Shown: positions 40,651-53,226 of the stretch, one piece after another
Numbering within the stretch: the first letter of the stretch is position 1
How the letters are laid out: every line of letters starts with the position of its first letter
Assembly (NCBI GenBank): GCA_965235115.1
Contig: OZ249439.1
Location: 15,066,001 to 15,130,000, forward strand
Length of the DNA stretch: 64,000 bases
Direction: 5' to 3'
DNA from: Laetmonice hystrix
Lineage: Eukaryota
Position numbers and translations under genes: made by a program
Notes under the pieces: model-generated
Told to the model about the DNA's origin: nothing
Database searches by the model: none
Seen by the model: the letters and a program-made list of their open reading frames with translations, nothing else

Positions 40651-41853
40651 CTTTGTGTCATTTTGAACCAACTGAAGTTTAAACCCCGGTACAAATTTCT
40701 GCCTGTTAATGTGGTTAACAGCTAGTCGAGCGGCCGCCAGTTCTGACGGTCCGCTGGTCGAGCCGGCCGAGTCTGTCAACTCAAACAACCCGCCAATGTG
40801 TAAAGTTTTCACTCCCGTCTTGGCGCGGCCTCTCTGTCGGCCGTCGTGTTGGGGGAACTCGTCTTGAGGGAGGGTGTCTCCCACCCCCGTACGCACCTTC
40901 AGGCGACGGACTCGTTTCAGCTTAGTTCCGTTAGCTTGGCTGTACAGACTTCCACTGCTAGAGGCGCTATCTGACCCCCCTTTCAACACGTCTGAGGATG
41001 ACTCATGGTAAGCGTAAGTATCCGTGGTAACGTCCATTAAAGAATCGGGCGTAGTGTCTTCAGTTACTGTAACTACACCATTGCCGACAGGGTCAGGTGG
41101 CGGTGTGTATGACGTCGGTAAGTTCCGGGGGGTGACCCCCTTAACGGTCGGTGTCGGGCCACCGCCACCGCCCTCTGCCCGCACAACGGCAGGTAATATC
41201 TCCGAGGTCACCTCCGCCTCAGGGGACCTAGTGGGCCCGCCAACTTTGCCGAGGCGCAATTGTATCGAGCCTTCAAGTAGTGGAATTTGAGAAGTTGGCA
41301 CCCCACTGGGGTGTGGCGTCAGCGATTGAGTACTTTCGCGCTTGTTCGTTGCTGGAAGTATCACAGATTCCGATGTGCCATAACTCGCTCTATGAGAACG
41401 TTTTTTAGTATACTCTACACTATGTTTTCTATTATTATAGATATAAAGCTTATCATCAGGCTTTGCCCTAGTTTCCGATAGAAGCTCGTTATCAACTTCC
41501 TCATCGGTTATGTATCCAATGTGTGATTGGTTTGTTGATGAGAATGAACCGTTTGACTTAACTCCATGGTGTGTTGCTCTCAGGTCACCGTCCAGACGGG
41601 TCTCCTCCAGGGTCTGACCACTGCCCTCATCCCTTCCCTCGCCGCCGGGCGCTGTTCCCGCGTACTGCCCGGAGGAATGGGAGTCCAGCTCCTCCTGTGT
41701 ATCCGGGCGCTGACCACCCGGCAGCCCTGGAGTTTGCTCCGGGTTACCTTCCTCCTTTGTGTTCCAGCTGGGCGTGGCCTCTCGGTGCAGCGCTAACCCT
41801 ATGAGGACGAACATCACCAGAAGATATCTTTGTGACACGCCAACAATGGCCAT
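40651..41853 (-). CDS. GABA-B-R3: GABA-B receptor (class C GPCR, GABA-B-R3/GABBR2-like) coding exon 1, 401 aa: signal peptide, long S/T/P-rich extension, start of Venus flytrap domain
   Basis: ATG at 41853 in strong context (gcAgcATGG), followed by the hydrophobic signal YLLVMFVLIGLAL. The C-terminal LHIGGLFEL...SELAAARLAVNHINRQKFVPGFKLQLVQNDTK matches the GABA-B N-terminus, best R3 (recalled fly LLGLFEL...SELGAATMAVEHINRKRLLPGYTLELVTNDTQ). Ends at donor AAG|gtaagt. The TTG start and VSHYP tail in the ORF track are UTR and intron. Subunit assignment is from memory, not a search. Confidence 0.93.
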
Positions 41854-41990
41854 GCTGCCACGCCCGACTGCCGCCGCTACAAGTCCAGGAACAGATTGTC
41901 TTTGTACACCAAGACAATGCTGTTCCTGCACGGCTCCACTCAGCGTACACTCCACACTCTCACACCAACGTACGCCAACATTGGCCTGTA

Positions 41991-42333
41991 CTGCGGCCAA
42001 GATGTTTATAGAAACACGACATTGTGATCCGAGAGACTCCCAAACACGATATGTTAACTCTCAGGTCATCCCGCTACAAGATTATCCCCGCCTCTAGCGG
42101 CATTGCCCAAACTCGGGGCTCACGGCCGTTATTCCATTTGGGCCTGACGTTGGCCACCGCCGAACGATGATCGTAATATGTGCATGTATTGATTGTAAAG
42201 CCCAAGTGTTGCGGGGTTGGCCAGCGGATGGCACAGCGGCAGATAGGGGCGGTCTGCGCGCTCTCCGACTGGGCTCGCCTTCACGCCAGCCCGTCATCTC
42301 CCAGCCAGCCGCAGTCGGGCCGGTCAGTCTTAC
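41991..42333 (-). other. Predicted 5'-UTR intron (343 bp)
   Basis: Strong donor AAG|gtaaga at 42333; candidate acceptor tttctataaacatcttggccgcag| at 41991 with a modest pyrimidine tract. Confidence 0.5.
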
Positions 42334-43010
42334 CTTTACGACATCAGTGCCTGCCCAAAAGAAAAACTCCGGTCCCTCCCCAGGCCATTGTCAATGCTGG
42401 CCTTATTGGCGCGGGAGACGGCACCCAGCCGGCGACCACCCAACGCTGGGCTCAGAGAAACGGCTGGACGTCAGTCCAAACGTATCTCCGACGACTGACA
42501 TTGATCGTCCGAATCTTTCTGCTCGCATAAAGAAGACAAACTCTGGTCCCTTCAGTGCAAAAACTACTTCCTCGCAACCATCCATTCGGCGCACGCAAGA
42601 GGCTGGCAGTGACTGGTGCACGTTGACAGGCCACGAGTAGCCGACTGTTCCCCGACCGTACGTACAACTCTTCGCAGACCCTCAGCTCTGAGACGCCGAC
42701 GGCTCCCAGGTGGCGCTCCATGCACGCGCCAAGCGCGAGAAACAGAGTGAGCGCCCAACTGATGAGCCACCGCCGCTACTGCTGCTGCAGCTGCTGCCAA
42801 CTCTCAAACGTTCTGTCGCAGACAGGCAGACAGGCGGACAGGCAGTGCATTGGGTGAGAAGAGCATCGAATCAGTCCTTAAGTCTGCAGGGAGAAGAATT
42901 ACGGAGGTTGATTGTATCCTTGTAGCGTCAGCCGATCTCCGTTGCCATGGAAGCCAGGCCAGCCGTCGGATCGGCCAGACGGACCAGTTTCAAAGGTGAC
43001 TACCGCCGTG
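42090..43010 (-). promoter_or_regulatory. CpG-rich 5' region: probable non-coding first exon and promoter of the receptor gene
   Basis: Visibly GC- and CpG-rich relative to flanks, with a CTG/GCA triplet run near 42780-42800, just upstream of the coding exon. TSS not determinable. Confidence 0.55.
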
Positions 43011-43322
43011 TCCTGTTGATCAATAGACAAAGAATCTCCGTAAGACGTGAAACAGACAGAAAAGTCGATCTATAAATCCTGCCGTGTAACAATTGAGCCG
43101 GCCACTGGGGTGGTAACCATAGCTGACCGTGAGGGGTTAACTAACCTAGTTATTGACGGATACACACATCAACGGCTCATTGCCGAAACTTCTCCGTCTA
43201 CTCGGTCACCTTCACTGGATCCCGCTCTGTAAGGGACATGGAACAGATCGAAATAAAGAACCTTTGTTGTTTTTGTATAGGAGTCAAGAAGTAGTAGATC
43301 CTGATTACAATCATGCTCCTCC

Positions 43323-43516
43323 CCCTTGTCAATCATATCATTTCCTACGTTATGTTTAGGTATACCTTCTAGCTTCTCTTTGCTGTCTGAGTTAATGTGT
43401 ATCAAAAGTAATCGGAACTCCCTTGTCAATCATATCATTTCCTACGTTATGTTTAGGTATACCTTCTAGCTTCTCTTTGCTGTCTGAGTTAATGTGTATC
43501 AAAAGTAATCGGAACT
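43323..43516. repeat. Exact two-copy tandem duplication, 97-bp unit
   Basis: cccttgtcaatcatatc...gtaatcggaact repeated identically at 43323 and 43420. Confidence 0.96.
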
Positions 43517-46500
43517 AAAGTTTCAAACCCATCTCCGGTCGTTTCTATATTATTGTATATTCTTAGCTAACTTAATTAAGACCTACAACTCTGTTAATGG
43601 TTAACGCAGAGTTTAAATGAAACCTTTTACAGGAACAGGTGGCGCCTCTTTTTATATGCAAACATTGACTATGATTGTTCCGCTTTGGGGCTCTTCAAAT
43701 ATTTCTATGAGCGCAAGAAAACCCTAGCAAGTGAAACGATGCTAAAAAATGTCGAAACAATGGGGCAAGTCCTATTTTATTAGTTATAGAAATTCCTACG
43801 CAATGTTCCCACACTTTACCAAGACAGCTTTGATGTAAAAATGGGGTCTTTTATCCAATATAATTATCACAAACCTCACTACGCATTGCTCCATTATATA
43901 CCGATTCTTTGCCTTGAAAGTGGCACGTGCAGCCTACAATAAAATGGCACTGGGGGCCGAATGGCGAGAGATGGCCTTCCTGCCAAGTGTGATAGGAACG
44001 AGCCGGTATTAATCGGAAACAGGCTTGTAGGGCAGCCTTTGTTATTGTCGGCTTCCCTTCTAACCAAGATGCACAGCTTCCGCTTCCTGCCACCGTTTAT
44101 TGGAAGCGATCAACAAAGCATCCGACCCTTCCTGGCTAGGGTGTAAATAAACCTCGCTCTATGCCTTGTTACGCATCGCAACCGCAGCCTCCCCTAGCGG
44201 CAGTGGGGGGAACAAAACCTGTCTGATTACCAATTGCCGTCATCAGGAACCCATTGAGCAGTGTTGGCGCAGCTTAGCCCACCGTGTCTTAGTGAATCAT
44301 ACATAGTTATATTATATTCCATTACTAGCTGGGACGTTGTCCAGCGATAACATGGCCAGCCCACTCAGTGGTTAACATCGACCACACGTAATACCTCCTG
44401 GACTCACACTGGTTGGATAAACTTCGTTAGTAAATCAGGTTTACTATCTTCCCTTTGTTTATCTAATACTCCGCCAAGACATTCAGGCCAAATGGCTGTT
44501 CAGAGTTATTGCACATGGTTTTCTTTCCTATTCTTTAATATATAACTGCTTAAACGGATCTTGACGTTGCCAAACTGTAAACTTGGAAGTAGAATTTGAC
44601 CGCAATAACGCTCTCACTATTCGGTAGAGTTGGAAGAGTTGATGCTAATCAACCGTTAAGGAGTAAGCTGGAGGTAATCTACTCTTGTTCTCAGGTGGTG
44701 TCGCTCGGCCAACCAAATTGACAATGCAGCAGGCCATATCATTGGCCGATCCTTGATCTACTTGTGTGACCTCGGCCACGAGTCGGGTGACCTTTCCCCA
44801 CGGCATCTTAATGTCATTTTGATCACAAGAGGGATCGATGTAACCTCTAGTACTCCCACTCTGGTTCTTGGCGTTGGTATTTTATACTTGCTACTTTCTA
44901 AGGTACGCTTGTATTTACCATGAGACAATAATAGTCGGGTCATGAATGGTTTATGATTGTGTTTACTGTCCAACAATACAGCTGTCAACCTACGTTTTGC
45001 CCTCCCCTATGATGTCCGTCTTGTCTCTCATTCTACCAACGTAAAGGTACTATAGCGACAGGAGTCTTATTTCAATAGATTATGTAAAATTCTCCCCCCC
45101 CCCCGTTCCTTTCCTTTACATTAACTTCACTGTAATAGTGGTTGCTATGTGGAGGAGTGTTTACCATGATTTACTCGCGCTCACGCCGACCACGCCCCAG
45201 TCACAACTCCTGATTTGTACATGAGCTATGGGAGAGCGGGGACCCATGTACGCCCGTAAATGTCACTGTAACGAGCCCCTGGTTGGTGGCTACTTTATTC
45301 GGCGCACTTCAACATTGAATGCGGTTGGATGAATAGGGCCTGTCTATCTGATTAAATTACCCCGCGGGTTCCCAACCTCTGGAGGTTCTGTGTTGCGTGG
45401 GCAACGGATGATGTTCTTTTACTGGTCGAAACTGAGCCAAGAAATATGCGAAAGCTGGCTGGAAGGTCTTTAAAATACACCAAAGTAGACGCCGATTTGA
45501 GCGGCTGAGTTTAAAAAGGTGCACGGAATAAAGGGAATCACCCAACGGTCACATTAACTTCGTGTAGAAATGTCTCCTTGGTAACGTGAATCAGGAAGAA
45601 GTGACGAAGGGAACTTAAGTTACTTACACTCATAGCTTAAAGTTCTTCCAATTTATAAGCCTCACCTTCATCGTATCTGCAACCACGTTGATAATTCCCG
45701 TGGCAATGCAATCAACATTTAGCTGTAATGCTTCATTCATATTTTCAAATGTTATTCCATTTAAAGTATTTTTAATAGGGGGGGATAAAGAAGTCTTTGT
45801 TGAGACCATTATGAACAATAGGCCAAATGGGTTGTGTACAGCAAAGTATTAGTTAAAGATTAGCGTCATCTATTTGAAGGAAGAATAAATTACTAGAGCA
45901 ATGCATGCTAATATCACTTCTCTCAGAGAAGAGCGCGAAATGTCCAATTCTATCATCGGAACACAAAACCAATGATAGTTCTCGTCGTGATCGTAACAAA
46001 TAAACTGGAGTACCGAACAGGGAAATAATAGTTCGGCTTCAGCTAGCGAGCCTTTGTGACAGGAAGACCAAAGCCTGCATGGCCCTGTAAAACCACTCCA
46101 AGATGGGAGCCACAGAGAACGGATTGCACATATTGTCAAAGCATAACACAAACTACACTTCTCCCTACCAATATATTTTGTATTCTCTTCCACAGCAGGA
46201 ACGTGCATGTGTCGACGGTCACTTCCGACAACCGATTGTTGTTAAGCAGTAGATTTTCAATAACAAAAACCAGGCTCGATCCATTAGACGACTTACGTAA
46301 CTGAAAACCTGTACATCTGCTGTTGTCTCACGTGAGGTGCACGTGCAGCAGATCGCTACGATCACTAGTCATGGAACGCCAATCGTAGCGGGGAGCGTAT
46401 AACTGCTTCCAACTGCTCTCATAATGCTTCACGGCTGCTCAGAAGTGGGGAAAATGGCCGAATTGTCCTTCGGCTCCCCATTTCCCTCTATTTGAGGTTG

Positions 46501-49500
46501 TTCGTGCTCTTCTGATATTCGAATATCCCGTTTGAATCTTAAACCGAGTCGTGGAAGGGCCACCGAGAGCCAGAATTAGTCCTGGGGTAAATCTGCAGGA
46601 ATGTCTAGGGCCCGGGTAGAAGAGGGTCCGAGGTTGTTACTTGCCCTCGTACAGTCTCAGCGTTACTGTTGCGTAATGTTCTATTTAAATATGTATCAAC
46701 ACTTAAACCTCCAGTTGGTTTCAATCGTGATTATCAGGGTCCAAAACAGGGCAGTGGTGCGTCCTAGTTCCTCACGCTGACCATCATCACCTCTATCTAT
46801 CAACCAAGCAACTGATTATTTATTATTCCTTATTTAAGTATTTTTGAAATTCACTTTTTTTACGACAGCAACCACTGCGGTTCATCGTTAGAGGTTTCTA
46901 CATTGGCGAACAACGTTGGCCGTGGACCAAGCTGGTTGTAGGCCTATCTCCCTTAAGGCTGTCGAATGTTAAGTAGATGAGTGCTATCCATAACCGAATC
47001 CACTATCCTGCCTACAGCAAAGATTGCATGGAAAAGATGTTATTAACATAATCCGTATTGAAACATTTCACGCCACTGCCTCGGCGTATAAACATTATAC
47101 GGGTGCTAATCTGACAGCCAAATGTCTTACGTCCAGGCAGTGTATGTCGCACTCTGCCTCCAACAGTAGGCCGTCTACATCCTGGCAACATACGTCTACA
47201 CAACATCATGACACACCATGAATCCAGAGACATTTACAACACAACTCTCTCTCATAAAAGAACTGGAAAAAGCCACTGTAGCCTATTATTACACACACGT
47301 GTCACACAAAGCTAAAGGCTGAAGGGTGGAGTGTTTTCCACCGCATGTTTTAAGTAAAGTGCTCTACATAATAATGGTTCAATATATAATTCATGTGTTT
47401 GCCTACAAATCCTACCTGGTGGGCGTATCGGCAGGGTTGTACGAAACCCTCTTATTCAGTTTTTTTTTCAAAGGGCAGCAGATACTGCTCATTTATGCAC
47501 TTATTTATGGAGGTATTAGGTTTTGGGCGATTTTTAACAGGGAAAGGGCTGACTTGAAATCTTGACTTTACATTTTATTCAGTAAGAGATAAAATAACGT
47601 CGATGTTTTCCTACCAAGTAATATGTTCTGACTCATACAATGTTTTCCTTCAACACCACCGTTATGCAGTGCATGTTAATATTTTCACGCTTTCCGACCA
47701 GACTTCCCTGCCACCAGTGTGCCTTCAAGGATAACGATGTTGTTAAGATGTAATCTAAAGACATCAAGTAAAATATTGACTTGAGAGCATCTTTAAGCAC
47801 GGTGAATGCATACTCAGGGAATGATCGATAGAACAGAGTATGCATATGGATTAGGCCATTTTGTGTGGACCGTAGATGATTGGCCGGCCTTGTCAACTGT
47901 CGCGGGTTGTTCCTGTTTGGGGGATGGGACATTTCCGGTGACGTTCGGAACGACCATTCATGACCTCGATCTAGAGCTTATGCACAGACTCGGAAAATTG
48001 CATGTTGCGTGTAAATATATGTTCTTAAGGTATAAACTCGTGCCTAGTCAGGATAAGTGCCAGTTGTGTCAGTCTGTGGTAAGTATCAACGTCATGTTCT
48101 GTATGTTGTTACAATTCAAATAAATGGTTCAGGCGTGAGAGCATTCTGTGAAGATGCCCACATCTATGGATAGGAATACGAGTTTATTTGGGCTCAGTAG
48201 AACCGGAATCACAAAGTCAGCGTTTCCCTGCATACAGCCCAAACACCTTTATAATAATCTGGTAAGTGTCTGAAGGTGACCTACCTCGATCAGGTTTGAG
48301 GTATAACATACTGAACATCTTTCACGCATTACCGCTAATAAATATGGGCATCAGGACGCATACCTGGTACAGTTCTACATGTCACGAGCTTTCAATACAT
48401 TTACTAGATTAAAGATGGACTCGTCCTCGAACAAGCTAGAGGTCATTTCCAACAAGTTCTACATAACTGAGATAATTACCGGTGAATCAGGCGGCATTAT
48501 TACAGGATGTTTACTGAGGTAGCGTCTACCCTGCCAAACGGAAAAGAGAATATCCGTTGTAGACAATGGTCGCCCTTCTAACATTGTGATGTCTTTCTGA
48601 CGGTTACTGCTCGCAATATTTGATCTCTCCATGGACCTCAACCGCTCGAGTAATCACGATAATCAAAAGAAACATTAGATCCGCTAGGCTACCTTCAGCT
48701 ATGGATGTATAATTCATCATGTTAACGTAATTGTGGGGGTTTTGTTACATAAAATATTGCTTGGTATGTTTTTCCACGTCTGACCGTCTCTCGATAGATT
48801 ACATCGCCATCTACTTGGGCTAGTATATGGGTATGAATGATCTTTGTATTCATTAAAACAACATCTGTGATTACCAATTGTTCCTGAGATGTTTCATGCT
48901 CCCTTCTGATAATCCAAAGGGGTTTCATTCCCGAGAAAAAGAAATTGGCCAAGAACACCCAAGACGCCTTTCATAATTTTCCATCCCCGTATATTCCTAT
49001 TGGCAACGCAACATATGATATCTTACTGATCGGTGCGATTCAGACTTCTCTTGTGATGAATGCTTAGGGAAATCACAAGGGAAGATTTTTTAAATGAAAT
49101 TTTACATCTGTGTCAGAGAGTAACGAAAATGTCTTCATCTACACCAGCGATTACAGGTCAGCCTTTCTGATATACCTGGATCAGGAACACACAAATGGTT
49201 CTCACGTAATGCTTTTCCGGGCGCCTATAAATTTATGGCGTTTTAATCTGCCACTACTCAACACTCCTGTAGTGGGAAATATAAGGTCCCTAATGTACAA
49301 GTTGATATTCATTCAGGCCACCTGGTGTGATGCTAGGATAACATGGAATAAATCCAAAACGTGCATCTCAGCGGATATAACCACCAAAAAACATCCCCTT
49401 CACATTACCTCTTCACTCAAATCCTGCAAGCCTCTCTCTAGTAGTGATGATTAATTATACACGTAACGCAAGCCAGGTACCAGGAGCACGATGAAGATCA

Positions 49501-50656
49501 TTTATTTTGTTGGTAGAACTTATCGGAATACGGCATACGCTATCGTAAAATAATTTTCCATGGCTGCACTAACCAAATTATGTATACATACATAACATAC
49601 ATACATAAATCAACGTATATCATGTTCATGCGACTCTTCGCCGATCAATCTAACTATACATCAACTGTATTTTCTTCTGGCAATATAGCCTACCTTACAA
49701 GCCTATCCTACAGGCACAACGGACTAAATATGGTGACACAATAGACCCATGTTTGCAGAATTACCTCCCTTTTCGCCCGCGGAAAATATCGATTCTGTGT
49801 CAACCTATATTGTACCTTTTCCATGACCAACCTTTGGCGAGATGAGTTTTTCAGCACCTGGAATAAAAGTTGATAATGTAGCGACTTTCCCGCGCATGTG
49901 TGTTAAGTGTGGGGGGAGTATGCCCCGCATTGGGTTGCCAATGCTGGGTAAAATATATAGTTTTAGGCCACTGTTGCCCTCATCAGCGCAGCATGAAGAC
50001 CGTATACATTTACTAACATGTTTTAGGGTTTACACTATTCGCGGCATGGAGCCTATAGACGAATGGCCAATATATATTATTGAATGTGGGATAAGATATA
50101 AAAAAAAACACTTGCTGGACATTCCTGCGAGTCATTCAGTTCTCGGTCTTTTTTCTTCTTTCTTTTCTCTTTTCTTTCATTCTTTTTTTTTGGGGGGGTC
50201 ATTAAATCCCTTCAACATCACTGTACTCATTCTAGAATCCCCGTCCAACATGGACGTATAGCCCTATGGCACCCAAGTCCCGTTCTTAGAGTGGTCTCAT
50301 TTGAAGTTGGCACTTTAAAAGCAGAGAGGCATAATTCCCGACTTCAATTTGTGAAAGTTAGATCCATTTGGAGCCGTCTGACCACGCAAGGCAGGAGAGT
50401 CCCGAGGCTTGCTTCCGAACTGGACAGAGGACACAGACTGAGTAAGATAGATTGACGGGGAGACGTTTGTGAAACAGTAGCAAAAAGGAGACGCGGCCCA
50501 TATCTGGTGGGGTGCAAAGGTTATAGCCGAGCGTCTGACCTGTAGTGGCCGGAGGCTGATTCAAGTGGATGGATGGTGGCCGATCACGGCCGTATTAACG
50601 TTCACCACACGGAGCAGCTATACCGACACCGGCCTAGCTCCCGTCATCACACTATG

Positions 50657-50916
50657 CAGGCGCGGATCGGGCGGGGGGGGGGTCGTACCCCCCCCTGCTC
50701 TCCGCGATTTTATAACGACAGGTGGTAATTTTCATCAATTAAATTTTGACCAAAAGGTCGGCACCGAAAGCTCTTCAGTTGGATACTGAGAAGCCGTGAA
50801 ATAGCCTCTATGGCCTTTTATATTCCCCAAAATTTTCAGTCAGAGGATCCGCCTTGGCGCGGGCGCCTTCTGAGCCCCCCCCCCCCCCCCCGCAAAAAAT
50901 CCTGGATCCGACCCTG
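50657..50916. mobile_element. GGATCC-type hAT-like MITE
   Basis: Termini caggcgcggatc / gatccgaccctg (CAG...CTG), long subterminal G and C runs; no TSD match. Confidence 0.55.
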
Positions 50917-53044
50917 CTATACGGGCTGCGTAAAACAGTCTGGTTAGAATTGGAGTGGCATCGTCCAAGTATCAGTCCTATCTGACAATCTGTAGTATAC
51001 TGGAGTAACAGATAACTGATGATAATAGTATACTGGTTGATAAGGTGATGCTGTCATATATACCATTACTAGCATGCGTGATTACACAGCCCCGGATGGA
51101 GGGAAACAAAGATACGGGATATTTAGATTCCAAGTCCTATCCCGTGAGCTGACGGTCATGGACTCAAACGGTTAATGTTAGGAACACCATAGCAACCGGA
51201 TGGCGGTATATGGAAATGAAACGGCACCTCTCACGGTATTGTACCGAATATATGTATTAAACCCCGCTATCTAAAGTCAGAATTTCTACATTGTTTTTCT
51301 ATTCTTTTCGAACCTCCGTAATACTTCCCAGGAAAGCTCTAAGCCTCAGCTCATCAGAAGCAGTTTGCATGCATGATCAACACTGAATATGTACATTCTC
51401 TGTACTTTTTTACTGTGGCCTGAATCGTGGTAAGGAAGTCGACGGTTAATCCGGTTGTATACTTGTACGGCCGTGTCTTTTGTACAGTAATCTCCCCCTA
51501 TTACATGTCTGTCAATAGTTAAGCGTAATCAGAGCTCTGCCAATGGTTGTGCTCTTTATTCTCCGTCATCGGAGATCTGAAGTTTCTTTTAGCTTGCGTG
51601 CTGGAACGTTGTCGCGAACAAATAGCATGACTAGCAATATATGCAGACAAGGAATAGGAAGCGCGGAATCACATTGCATTCGTAACAAAACGGGTTTGTT
51701 TGAAAGGCAAATTGCACTTGATCCACATGCCCCTTGTTAAACAAACATTTTCAGTTCGCTAAACAATTTATTTTATTTATTTCTCTAGTTTTATTTTCTA
51801 TTTACATGTGTGGTAAGAACCTCCGGGCGTGCCTCGAGGGGAATAGGGTCAAAAATCTCGCTACTCGTGGAGCATAATGTCTGCAGTAGGCCTATACTGA
51901 TTTCTCCTCTATCATTATCATCATCGTCGTCGTCTTCGCCATTTCCAACATCACCCAAAAGGAATGAATAAATAAATAAATTGTTCTCAGTTGCCAACAG
52001 AATATTAAAAACACCAATACACCGCCAGAAGATGAAATTGCAACGACTAGACGGCAGTGCCACATTAGCGTTTGATAACATTAGTCGTAATGGGCAGGTT
52101 TGCTTCTTTATTTTTTTTAAACCTTCCAAGGGCGCCTCATTGTAGCGTCCCATGCAGGCAATATGTCATTCACCCCCATCTATTACAAAAAGTTGCCTCT
52201 CCCTGGCATATCTCCGATACCGATCACGACCCTATTATCATATTTATTGTATGACCCAACCATAGGCATCTCGATACTTGCCATCACATTGACAATTTCT
52301 GACAAAATAATGAAATATTGGTTCAATCTGACATGTGAGTAATCATTTCAAACATACCTCTAAGTTAGGCATTTAATGGAGGATAAAATTAAGTTTCTGA
52401 TGTGGAAAAACATCCTGTGAGGTTTAAATGTTTCTTCAATATAACAAAAAGTGACGTTTCCAAGGGATTACTTTGGCGTCCACCTTTTTCACAAGCTATT
52501 GATTACGACCCATGAAATCTTTTTACCTGTTCTGACTGGACGATTTCCGCAGACTTGTATACGGCGTATTTTCCACCGTTTGAAAGAACGTCACTGGGAT
52601 ATGATATATGTCCGCATTATGCTAATACATTCAAATTTTGGAGGCTCATAATGCCTCTTCGATAAATGGCTACCAGCATGACCCAGGAGGACGCTGCGCA
52701 ACCCAATGACAAATCATGCAACTACAGGGCTCCTTAATAAAAATCCTCTACATGCATCCCACTGCTAATCAGAATTATCTTTAACCACATTAACAAGTTA
52801 AGACAAATTTTAAGTAACACACCTCGTATTGTTTGCAAATCGTTCTCGCTCCTATAAGCACCCCCGATCTATTCGGAGAGAAGCTCTGCAAGGGGAGGGA
52901 ACTTTAACAGGCCTGATTGAAGCAGCTATAAATTAATCACAATGAACCTTCATCGATTGATTAGCAGATATTTCCCGCCTCAATGATGATGTTCGCCTTG
53001 GCTTGTGGTAGCACCAAACTAGGACAGCCACAATAAAGCTTACC

Positions 53045-53126
53045 GTCACGTGATGTCACGTCACCAATCGGGCCATCATTCCTCGGTCCACGCATGACGT
53101 CACGCATGACGTCCCGCATGACGTCA
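53045..53126. promoter_or_regulatory. Cluster of E-box, CCAAT and tandem CRE motifs
   Basis: gtcacgtgat, cacgtca and ccaat, then 12-bp cgcatgacgtc(a/c) x3 giving two perfect TGACGTCA sites and one near-perfect. Confidence 0.45.
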
Positions 53127-53226
53127 CACAAAAGGTTGCCCATGGACTGGAGCTAAACTCTTGCAGTGCCTCGTGTGGCCAAACGCGGGCAGTATCTGTG
53201 CGATGTTTGAACTGATAGGATAAACC

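Noticed and set aside
40633-42000. 455-aa single-exon protein as given in the ORF track
   Set aside because: It starts at a TTG in the UTR and runs through the splice donor; the supported CDS is 41853-40651 spliced to exon 2.
49941-49994. Hammerhead-like CUGAUGA plus stem on the minus strand (similar partial cores at 17396 and in the 70-bp array)
   Set aside because: The essential GAAA is missing (UAAAA, CGAG or GAAC instead) and stems I/III are imperfect.
51791-52153. 120-aa ORF with an acidic D run
   Set aside because: The acidic run is a (GAT/GAC) microsatellite; no splice signals or recognisable domain.
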